The notes beneath the pieces are model-generated. The model was given only the letters and a program-made list of their open reading frames with translations. It did no database searches and was not told where the DNA came from. The translations under genes were made by a program, and so were the position numbers. A stretch of 41,819 nucleotides of DNA from Selaginella moellendorffii (Eukaryota > Plantae > Lycopodiophyta), in the NCBI RefSeq assembly GCF_000143415.4, contig NW_003314396.1:317069-358887 (forward strand), given 5' to 3'. Below, piece after piece: positions 11,294-22,912 of the stretch (positions are counted from its first letter, which is position 1; each line of letters starts with the position of its first letter).

Positions 11294-14200
11294 GCATCGT
11301 ATTTATTCTTGATGTTTTAGTAATTTAAAAAATTTGAAATCATAACTGTAATTTTTAACATAATTATAATTATAATATACATAGTTAACAAAACATAGTA
11401 TAATCCTTATATTAAAAATCCCTTCACAAATATTACATAATAAATAATATAATAAATTTAACTCATAACATAATATCACATGAATTAAATTTATTATATT
11501 GTTTATTAAAACTCAGAGTGTTGAGTCAAGTCCTGGATCTTCTATAAATGGAATTGCTCACTATGGGATCCCATGACCAGATGAGTCATTTAGAGATTGA
11601 GGTTTGGTAACTAATTTTTCCTTAATTTGAAAGTTCCATATAATTAATTTACAATTTTTCCTCTTAATAAAAATGTGTTTCATAAGTACACTATAATATA
11701 ATGATTTACAAAATAAATATTTAAAACTCACTTAAATTATATGTATATTATAAAATTAAAATATAAAACCATTTTTATGGAGTTTTATTTTTCATATTTT
11801 TAGACTGAATCTTTTGGAATTGCATGATATTATGTGAAAATATTGTCTTTATTTGTTATATTAATTTTTTTTAAAATATTACATATTTATCTTTGATATT
11901 CCCTTTTCCCTGATATTTATATATTTATATTTTGATAGTAATATTTAAATTTAGAAGTATTCTATTATATATGACTAGCATTATTTTTGTATAATACTGG
12001 AATTAGTGTTGTTGTTGCCATGGTTGAGGGACCTTTGCCTTGAATGCAAGACCCCATTTGTCCCATTACTATTGCTGCCTATTGCACACTTCATGGATCA
12101 TTCCATGTACTATTAACTTCAAAGAAAATTTACCTTTCTGATCATTTCTTTAGCTTTCTTGACATTGACTTGCTCCTAGCCATGACAAACCCTCCTCCTG
12201 CTATAGCAATTCTTTAGAACTGCCTACCTTTATTCAATATGTTTCTCACATTCTTCTTTAGAAACAATAGTGTGAGTTCAACACCTAAAATAGGTTTTCT
12301 TTGTCATGTTACTGAGAAAAAAGGGCTATAACATGCATAAAGTCTTTTTTTCAACATTCACAGCTCTGATGGTTTTATATACCTCTGATGGAAAATACCT
12401 CAATGGAGAGAGAACTAAATACATCATAGTTGGTGTGGATATATGAGGTGGTCTATCTTAATTTATACTAAATGCTCTAAAAAAGTTTGTGCAGATGAAG
12501 ACTCAAGTTGCAATCCTCATGAAAATATCTTGTCTTGAGAAATGTGCTTTCAAGTTCAATGTTTTTATTTGAATAATGTATTAGTTATTTTAGAACTACT
12601 GTTTTGTTTACCACATTTTTATTTTCTTTAGAAAGATTGTTTTGCATCCTGTAATTATGTTCTTTAGTGGTGTAATTGCACAATGCAGCCATGCTTAATG
12701 AGAGAATGAACATTTTTATCCCTATGTTTGCCACTTTGTAGCTTCAACTTTAATTGTGATTTTTTTCATGTATACAAACTTGTATATGGTCATCGAATCC
12801 CATACTCCTCATGGTGCCTATCACAACTCATGCAGATCTTGCAATAGCTAAACTGGGAAACAAGTTTTTGAGAAGCATGTAACACTGTTGACAGGAAAGA
12901 GTGATGTTTAGCTACTCAGTCATGTACTCACTCCTTGAGAGGAATAATGAATCTTAGTTCCACAATTTGCATAGATTATCCAGTTTAGACTATCAAGAAT
13001 CAAGAATAGTCTTAAAGTATTTTCTCTTGCACAAGAGTGATTTTAGCATATCATTTATGGATAAGGGAAATAGCTATATATGTTCCATTCGAGTGATAAA
13101 ATAACAAACTCTGGTAAGTGCTTCTCTATCGTTTTATTTTGATTTTTTCTTTGTTTTATCTATCTAAATTTAGCAGTGTGAGTTATAAAAGACACAATCC
13201 AAATCACCTCGGTAGATGAGTTTCAGGAATTTTACTCTTAGCAAAGATGGTGCATTCTGTGTTGCAAAACTTTTATAGAAGAATCTGATACTACCTGTAG
13301 AAATTTAAAGAAAAGTTCATTGGCATTCATACAGATGCTAAGCCTTCTACTGTGACAACTACCAAAGCATCTGCATCTGAATGTGAATTCGGTGAAAACA
13401 ATTTTTCCTATGTGCAGAAAAGATATCCTTCCTAATGTTAAGTTAGGTTTTATTTGATCACTACATATCTATGTCTAATTATGCCGTGATCCATCTCTCC
13501 TTAGGACAATGCAGAGTGTATCATTGCCACAAGACCTATAGAAACCGTTGGACAAATAACACTGCATTATCATACTCAAAATTTAATTTAATTTTGAATT
13601 TACACCCATCCAACTTAACATCTTTGTGAAGTGTGTGTTTATCATTTTCTTCTTTAATCTCTCTTTTATAGATGGCTCACTGTCTTCAGTCTTTATTAGT
13701 TTATTTTCTTGTCATATTTGGTTATGCTATATAATCAAATTTTTTCCAAATTCTGAAGATGTAACAATAATAAGTATACTAAAGATAAGAAAGAGATAAA
13801 TAGAGTAAGAAATTACTGTTTCTTCAAGCTCCTGAGTTTGAAAAACTCCTACTCGTAACTGTGACTCCATTCTAAAAGGGATAGTTAGCAACTGTTTTTA
13901 AAAAAATAAACACAAACATGGAAAGTAAAACATTTTTCCTTTCTTTATGCTTCTGCAGTTGATGAATAGCTTTAATATCATTTATTGTACAAGAGTTAAT
14001 GATATAGAAAATAGACCTATCTTATTCCTTTTATGGAATCTTGTATGGACATGAAAATATTTTTATTCTACGTCTTCTTCCACAATCATACAACTGACCT
14101 CTTAAAAAATAAGAGTCTTTAGAAGCATACAGAAATTGATTTAAGTTCTGATGACAACTGGGTTCTCTTTGGTTCAAGAGATTGTATATCTATAGTTCCT

Positions 14201-17140
14201 GGATTAACCACATTAAGTTGACCATTAGCAGGAAATTCATGCTAATTTTTTTTATAATATAATATTATTAAGTAATATATAATAAAAACAATAAAAATAA
14301 TAATTATACAAATTATAATTATATAAATTCTAATATAATGACCAGTATATCACAGTATTCTAATTCAATATTCTTAGTATTATAGTATTCAATGATAATA
14401 TTATAGCACTATAATATTATAGTATTATATAGTGCTATATACTATTATTAATATTAATATTATAATTATAGTGATACTGCTCAATTTAGCTAATTTATTT
14501 ATCAGGGAATTGGTAATATTACATTCCAAGACTTTATTTACTGCTAAATCAGTCTTTTGGGAAATAAGATTTGAGTCATCAATTATATCAACATCCTTCA
14601 ATGTTCAAATATTATGGATGATGTGTTTGGATTGAGCTTTAGCTTGTTTAGATCTGAATTCTAACATAAATCTAGTTTTGCTTTCAAAAGTTTTTTGTTT
14701 ATTTTTAACTTAACCTTTTGAGAATTTTGTTGTTTATTTTTATCCTCAGTAGTGATGATGTGTATTTTTTAGATCTTTTGTCTGAAATTTATAATTGCGT
14801 TTTTAGTGTAGAGATTGATAGTTTTACCCTAGAGATCATCAAACTCCACAAATACTTTTAAATGGGAATGGAATATTTTCTTTGTATATAGCCTTTCTTT
14901 TATTGACAACAAAAGTAATATAAGTAGATGGTCTCTCATATCCCATATTGTTGCAATTATTATTACAGTATAAGAAGTTATTACAAAAAGTTAAAATTAT
15001 AGAAAGGATTCTAACCAAAATCTTTTATGTATAACTTGCAAGTAGTGTTCTAGTCATTAAAGATTAAGTGTTTTTTCAAATACTTGTTTATTATGTGTAG
15101 GATCCATAAAATTTGCTTCAAAAACTTCTGAACCATCAGTATTAAAAATGTTAGAAAGTACTCAAATGAGTAATATAACTTGTCAAGAACACCATATCCT
15201 TGTTTATTTAATGAATTCCATATTCTTCAGAATAACATGTCTTTTGTACCTACAAAATCACAAAAGAATCTTGATCTCTCAAATTTCAGAAAGAATTTAT
15301 CCCCTTTATGCTGTTTTGATAGTCTTGCAATGCCAGACTTGAAGCAAAAGACTGAATTGAATAGAAGATATTTGTGAAAATTTAAATTAGAGAATTTAAT
15401 AATTACATTGTCCTCTCTATATTTATAGTTATTTACTGTGCCTAAATCTTATAAATAAGTTTAAGCTTATAATATTAAAGTGATATGCTATAATGAGTGT
15501 AATAACAAGCCTATATCTTGCTCATAGTTGATGAAAAAATTTAAGTGTTCAATATATAGCACTGTATCTCTGTATAAACTATTATTAAACTTATAAATAT
15601 TATAAATTATTATTTATTTATATATTAATTTATTAATATTTGATAAAATATAATTATTAATTATTTGAATGTTTTTATTCATTGCCATAGATCAATTGAA
15701 AAGAATATTTTTAAACTTTTAGCTACCTTTTTAAGTTGATTTCTTTTATAAAAATTAAATCCTTGTACATCTATATGTTATGTAACTATAAAAATCTTAA
15801 GAGGTACTCTTCCCAAAATATGCATAACTCTCAAAGATAAAGAAAAATATTTAACATACATTTATATGGTTTCAAGTCTTGTAAATGAGTTTTTTAAAAT
15901 ACATGGCATTGCGTAATATATTACAATTCAATCTCCTTGTCTCAAAGAATAATTTTGAAGTTCTTTGGCAGATAAAAGTACAAATTTGAAGCATATATCT
16001 GCAAATTCATGAGGATGAGTGTAAATCAGAAGAATGCACATTCTTGCATACCCTCAGAGATGTTTTATAAAGGGAAAAATGTTTTGTTTTGGGGTATTTT
16101 TTTGCTATTTCACTTGAAATTTATCTCATCCACTCCTAATTTGAATGTTGTTGAAGGAAGTCAACAAAATAAATCATCAATGTTATAAAATGTATATGAG
16201 AATCAGATTCAAAGTCCAGTTCCAAAACTTTCTGAAGTTCCTTGACATTACCCTTCTATACACTACATCACATTAGTAAATAAGCTACTTTTCTCAGTAG
16301 TATATTTGGATTTCTTGACAAGATAAACTGATGTTACATGGATTGTTGTTCAAGAAAAATGGAATTTTCTGGAATAGGAGTTCTTTTACAGATGATTGTT
16401 CAAGTTCCTGGAAAGCAAAAGAACTTGTTATTTTAGCTCTGGACATAATAAAAAAGCCTTGTATCATTTGTGGCTTTCAGTACAGGATCTGGAACTGAAA
16501 ATAAAAAGTGCAAGGCATGGAACTGTTTTTTGTCAAGAGTATCAGGGACATCAAGCTTCTTAATATAAGAAAAATCCAGATGGTTCTGAGCAAATACACT
16601 GTCAGCAATGGATTCTTTTCCAAATCAAAGATCTGTATGGCAGAAAGATGAATTAGCAGATATTGTGAATGTAAAAATAAAAACAAAACAAGTGAGGATA
16701 AAAAGATCTAGATTTTACAATCGAAACTGGAACTCAGGTAGGACTATAAGAGCCTGATGAGTTTTCTATCATTGTATGGAAAATTACCAAGTACATTTCT
16801 TTCAAAGAGTTATAGAGGGTCCTGTGAAACATGTGTCTTTGAGTTCATGTATTTAAATTAACTGCTTGATAGAGTACTCATGTATTCATGTGTGCAAATG
16901 AAGATCAAAAGCTTGACAATGAACGTTGCCTATTTAAAATACACTATATATCTAAAACTTATCTCATACCAGATTATGTCTACTACTAAACACTGGTTTA
17001 GTTTGTCATCTTAAGCTGTGCTAAGCATCATATTATATGAGATTTTTTATTGCATTGAAACAACTAAACTGGAACAACTAAATCCACAAAAGATGTATTC
17101 ATCAATCAAGAATTAATAAGAACATCTTGTTCCTTTTGAT

Positions 17141-18421
17141 TTATTTATTGGGTGCAAACCCCATAATACCATTGCCTATTCCTACCGCAAATCTACCATG
17201 AGGGGGATTACCAGCCATATGAATCTTTGCTTTTGTAGAATCTTCTCTCCAAAGTTCTTGTAGTGATGACACTTGAGGATATAATTGGTCAATTAGATAT
17301 GAACGAATGATGAGATCTTGAACACTTTCTGAACTATGTAATTTTCCCTTGAGTGAAATTTGCTGCCTTACAAGTCCTTTATATGTGCAAGACTCACAAT
17401 CTGCTTCAAACCTTGAAATCCGTTTCATAACCAAAGTTTTACAAGATGAGCAAGTGGTTTGTAGAGATACAGGATACAAATTATCAATTTCAAACCAACC
17501 TTTGACCTGCTAAATAATAAACAACTAAGAGCTATTCACAAAACATAAAAGGGATTCATATTTACCCCGTCAAAGTTCTCAGCAATTGTACGAAACAGAT
17601 ATTCGAGAGATTTCTTTTTATCGCAAATGATAACATCAGTAATAATTGTTATATCAGTGGCATTTGCATGTTTAAAAATGCCATCACCCTGAATATTGAT
17701 GAAACATCTTGTAGGCGCATTTCCAGAATAGAATTCTTGCATTAGTATTTCGAAGTAAGGCATAGATTTGCCAAAAAATTTGATCTGTACACATTAGCAT
17801 TCTTGTTAGTGATATAAACAATAGTCTTTATACATATTGTCAAGGCATCACAAACATTTGGTCCATCAGCAACAGTTAACTTGCCACATGAGTATGTTGC
17901 ATCATTAATCTTTATAACAACAGCATGTATGGAACCAACAGAATCATGACCTTTGTGAATGTCAATATATTCGCTAATTGGTATAGTGTGAACCAACAAA
18001 CATAGTCTTGGTGCTGGATGCTGAAATTCTTCTACAATAGTCGATTCAGAAATTTTAAGAGTATAGTTCCATGTTCCACGATCGTATTTTGGGTCAGCAT
18101 TCATCACTTCAAAACCATATATCTTAAGCCATTTGTTTTTGCTGAATTCTTGTTTCCTTTTTCAGCAATATTGTAGAACATCCATACTGTAATAGTCTCA
18201 TTTCCATAAACATCTGTCATATCAATCCTCAAACGAACATTATGTGACTGAGTTCGACCACGTCGCAAACCATAACTGTTTAAAGTGTATCCAGAAAACA
18301 TTAGCTGTGCCACACTTCGATCAACTTCTCGTATACTAATAACTTCACCCAAGTCCATGCGTCTGCTTTTCTTCTGAATATGAATATTTGCATCATCTAT
18401 TAACCATTTTTGGTTAGACAT
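17141..18421 (-). pseudogene. RPA70-like OB-fold ssDNA-binding protein with C4 zinc ribbon (Helitron-associated), frameshifted
   Basis: Joining frames near 18160 gives RLRIDMTDVYGNETITVWMFYNIAEK..EFSKNKWLKIYGFEVMNADPKYDRGTWNYTLKISESTIVEE, which follows the RPA70 DBD-A pattern. The terminal exon has CSSC-x14-CESC, as in DBD-C. Confidence 0.6.
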
Positions 18422-19379
18422 ATACTCTTTTTTCTTTTATTAAGTGTTAAATACCTTGTGTTTTAACTTTGTCTTTTCTTTGTTCTTGTACATCTTTGCA
18501 CTCTTCCTTTTTATCTTTTATAAGGCAATACCTTCATCAGTTACTGTTTTCTTTTCTTCCTCAACACTATGTGATTTCACTATTGTATATAAAATAATGA
18601 TAGCTTTAGTTTTTAATATAAATTTCACTACCTTTGTCGTCAACTTCCATGTCACAAGAACCATTTCTTCAGGTCTCATTTACCATGTCTAAAAGGAAAT
18701 GTTACAAGTAGGAAACTTTTTATTATTAATTTTTGTTTGGATAACTCTTACCCTTTTCGCTTTGCTCTTTTGTAATCTCTTCTAGTCCCACTTCTTCTCT
18801 GCTTTTATAATCTACAGAAATCATTTTACACACATTTGTAAAGCATTTCAAATTTATAATAGGCATCTGGGCTGTAAATCTCACCTGAAACTTCTTTCCG
18901 AGGGATTCTCAAAGGTTGATGTAAACGCAACCTGTGTGTTTCCTGGCTCTCACCATTTTCCAAAGAGGAAGTCATTTCGTTCTGAAACCATGTACTATAA
19001 AGATAACCCTAACCAACTTTTATCTTGCAATACTTTACTTTGTCACAAATATCTTTAATCATTTTCCTTCGTTACATTGGGCAATAAGATATTATTCAGC
19101 AAGCCGGGTTGTGCTGCAGCATGGATTGCTTGTGTTCTTTAGCCATGATGTACCTGTAAAGCTCAAGAGCTCACTCATTATCAAAAAGTTATGAAGTCAT
19201 ACTCTGTCCAAGTTCTCTCACCTTTAAATAACGGTTGAGCAGCATTGTGAACTATGATTAGATCATTCTATGGGCTTTCGTTTGTTTGTGAAGCATTCAT
19301 CTGTATGCAAACTCGGGATGCAAGCACCTGAAAAGATTGGATTTTCAATTAGTTTCACATGATGGAAAGCCAAGTTTAC

Positions 19380-19535
19380 ATTGCCGAGTTCACACCCCAT
19401 TATCGAAGGAGTTGATTCCCCAAATAAATCCCTGCACCATGACCCAGTGCTCATACAAAGCTAGAAGCTGGTCAACTGTACATGGCTTTAGAGTTGGTAG
19501 CAACATGCTCAAGACTGGACGATTGCTGGTGAATT
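19380..19535 (-). pseudogene. Cytosolic glucose-6-phosphate isomerase (PgiC) exon fragment
   Basis: [44 protein letters not shown].(WG)..ELG is the PGI signature-2 region, frameshifted. Confidence 0.9.
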
Positions 19536-19985
19536 CTTACAGACTTTCACCTAACATGCTAGATAACCGTAGAGCAGCAAGGAAAGAACATTCAAGAAGC
19601 TTTTCAAGATCCTACTCTTTATTTTGTAGGAAATTCAGCACTTGGCTCTCCGTTTGCAGCATGCCGGGACTGCATTGCAATGTGTTGGGATTTCTCCTAT
19701 CCAAAATGTGTGCAAGTTTGCACATATTTTGAGAAGATTTAGAAGGTAGTAGGTAGACACTGCTTTATTCTTATATATTGAGGCTTATAACATTAACTTT
19801 GGCCAATCTTGCTAAACAATAGACTATGGCCGGTTTAGTAAAGGGCTGATAAAACGTGTATGGTTGTAAAACTCAGTTCTCATGAGATTCTTACAACTTG
19901 CTTCTGAAAGTCTTTATGTTTTGCCTTTGTGCTTCGCAAATCTTCCTCAACTTGCTTGAGCTGTATTAATAGGAACGACACATAC

Positions 19986-20369
19986 CTGGTTTCCTAGGGT
20001 GAGAACAACATATGGGTCACCAATCATGAAGTCCCTCACTGTAAGGTTTATGGCTTTTATTACACACACTCGAATCGATCCAAAAAATCCTTGCAGACCT
20101 TGCAGTTAAAATTTTTACCTCTAGAATTGAAGCATTGAACAGAAGAATCTTCTTGCCTTGAAATAATGTCGACTCTTGACAAGAGGAAGCCAAACGCATA
20201 GATGGCTTTACGAATTCTTGTCTTTCATACTTCCTTCTGAGAAAACATTGATGGTTGAAAAATAAATATAGAAAACAGTTTCACGTCTCCTGAACCTTAC
20301 AAATTCTAATTGCTCTTGATTGGATGATTCTGGCATGGGTCTTTTGCCAAGATTTAGGAACAAAGGCCT
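19986..20369 (-). pseudogene. ArfGAP-C2 (ZAC/AGD11-13-like) fragment, three exons, running into the gap
   Basis: AFVP..KRPMPESSNQEQLEF / RKYERQEFVKPSMRLAS / FFGSIRVCVIKAINLTVRDFMIGDPYVVLTLGNQ. Confidence 0.8.
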
Positions 20370-21042
20370 NNNNNNNNNNNNNNNNNNNNNNNNNNNNNNN
20401 NNNNNNNNNNNNNNNNNNNNNNNNNNNNNNNNNNNNNNNNNNNNNNNNNNNNNNNNNNNNNNNNNNNNNNNNNNNNNNNNNNNNNNNNNNNNNNNNNNNN
20501 NNNNNNNNNNNNNNNNNNNNNNNNNNNNNNNNNNNNNNNNNNNNNNNNNNNNNNNNNNNNNNNNNNNNNNNNNNNNNNNNNNNNNNNNNNNNNNNNNNNN
20601 NNNNNNNNNNNNNNNNNNNNNNNNNNNNNNNNNNNNNNNNNNNNNNNNNNNNNNNNNNNNNNNNNNNNNNNNNNNNNNNNNNNNNNNNNNNNNNNNNNNN
20701 NNNNNNNNNNNNNNNNNNNNNNNNNNNNNNNNNNNNNNNNNNNNNNNNNNNNNNNNNNNNNNNNNNNNNNNNNNNNNNNNNNNNNNNNNNNNNNNNNNNN
20801 NNNNNNNNNNNNNNNNNNNNNNNNNNNNNNNNNNNNNNNNNNNNNNNNNNNNNNNNNNNNNNNNNNNNNNNNNNNNNNNNNNNNNNNNNNNNNNNNNNNN
20901 NNNNNNNNNNNNNNNNNNNNNNNNNNNNNNNNNNNNNNNNNNNNNNNNNNNNNNNNNNNNNNNNNNNNNNNNNNNNNNNNNNNNNNNNNNNNNNNNNNNN
21001 NNNNNNNNNNNNNNNNNNNNNNNNNNNNNNNNNNNNNNNNNN
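20370..21042. other. Assembly gap (N run)
   Basis: 673 N bases. Confidence 1.
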
Positions 21043-21569
21043 NTTTAGTCGTGCTTCTCTCCATTTGCTAGGGTATCAAAGATCCACTCCTGAAAAACAA
21101 AGATCGGTGGACAGACCTTCTAGCAAAAAAAAAAAGAAGAATAAAAGAAAAAGCATTGCATTGAAAACCGGTTTGTTATCTCGATTTTACAAGAGCATAG
21201 TGAAAAAGGGAAAGGGAAAGTGTCTGTCTGCTGTGTGTTCTTATTGCCTTTCTCCTTTTCTTTGTTTTGCAGTTGCTCTTTCCCTTGTTGATGGTCACCT
21301 AATTGGATCAAAAAGGTCATTTTCGTGGAGTTGGTTGGCATGCTTGCTATCAGCTGCGTGTGTGCTACAGCTAGCTGGTATATGAGAGCTGCTGCGATAA
21401 CGTATTGAGCTTACTTTAGAGCTTGTGCCATGCGAAGCTTCAGGTCTACATTCAGGTCAACAAGTAGCTAATGGCAGTGTTGAGAGCCTGTGGTTTTCAC
21501 CTCCAGCCGCTTAAATCGAGCGAACCTGGGCATTTGTGATTCAATTGTTAAAAAAAAAGGTACTGTGGT

Positions 21570-22100
21570 AATGAGGGGATTTTTTTTTTTTTTTTTAATG
21601 ATGGAAAGTGTTTTCAATTTTTGTTGTGATGGGAGAATAGCAACTGAAAAATCACATCCTTTTCCATGCTTTATCCAAAGAATATTATTTTTAAGTTTTA
21701 ATACAAAATTATAGTAGTGCAGCATCAATGAGTGCAAATATCAAAGAGATTGCAGTAGGTGGCAAATATACAGATAAATTTAATATAATATTAGAAGTAT
21801 CAAGCCAAATAATGAAAAACATGCAGCTTATTCACAATAAAATATTTTAGATACTGCTCAAGAAACGGAAATAAACAAAAAGAAAAGAAAAACAATTCTG
21901 AATGCAATGAGCAACTAATGGGTGGTCTTGATAAATTATTAAAAGAGATAAATCCCTATGCTAAGGCATTCACAATATTATAAGAAATAGAGAATGAAGT
22001 GTTAAATTCAACAAATATTCAAGGAAGTGTAAGTGATATCTTAATACATATAAAAGGCAATTAGACAACTGATCCAAGATGATACAATGCACTAGGTTCA
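21570..22100 (+). mobile_element. Helitron RepHel N-terminal region remnant
   Basis: FNFCCDGRI..P, ILDTAQ, LDKLLKEINPYAKAF and TDPR*YNA match the Helitron CCxxG, NPY..F and DPRRYN motifs. Many stops. Confidence 0.75.
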
Positions 22101-22511
22101 AATGATTTTAAACATTTAGTTGTACAAAGATGGTATTCATTGATGAATTTTTTTTATTATCTCTAATATATACGATCTTTTTAAAATAAAAATATGTTCA
22201 ATATGTTTTAAAATGTAGTATTGAATCAATCAAACTCTTTCTTCTATAGAAAAACTTTATAGAACAAATTGTATCTGATTGATTCAATACTATATTATTA
22301 AAATTAAACATATTTCTTTTTACAAAGATGGTATATAGTACATACAATAAAAGATATACTTTAAAGTTAAAAGTAAATAAAGTAGTGACTATAGAAATGA
22401 TATATTTTATCATATTTATTTTATGAATAGCTCCAGCTATTATATCTTGTAAATAAGTTATACTTTTATCATAATCTTATGATTTATAAATTTATGATAT
22501 TGCATATATAT

Positions 22512-22898
22512 TGTCAAGACCCCCAACAAGATCAAGACTGGAAAATGCTAAAGACAAAGAGAAAAAGCTAGTGAAAACAAAGAAGAGGCCTTAGACTGGT
22601 GTTGATTCAGATTGTGGAGAAATGGAGCAAGGCTAACCTATATATACTATAGGTTGATGAAGCTCCACCACTCTTGGATCGAGGACGGCCTAAATATAGC
22701 TAAGGTCGAGGAGGCGCCACATCATCATCAGGAATGTGGCTCGAGACTCAGAAATCGGGAAGTCTCTCGAGAGTCAGGAATAGGGAAGTGTCTCGAGAGT
22801 CAAGAATAGGGAAGTGTCTCGAGAGTCAGGGATGTGGTCTGCAGGTCAGGAATCCGGCAAGAGTCAGGAATGTGGCAAGAATTGGGGAATTCCTGACA
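22512..22898 (-). repeat. 3' LTR
   Basis: Direct repeat of 27733-28119 with about 9 substitutions counted by eye. Confidence 0.97.
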
Positions 22899-22912
22899 GC
22901 ACCCCCTCCTCA
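22899..22912 (-). promoter_or_regulatory. Polypurine tract
   Basis: Minus-strand TGAGGAGGGGGTGC lies immediately before the 3' LTR. Confidence 0.85.

Noticed and set aside
12780-12930. Possible helicase fragment (KHVTLLTGKSDV)
   Set aside because: Only a weak single-motif resemblance.
20320-21385. Long ORFs in the ORF track
   Set aside because: Artefacts of the N gap.
22755-22870. Regularly spaced repeats resembling a CRISPR array
   Set aside because: They are tandem units without unique spacers inside a eukaryotic LTR.
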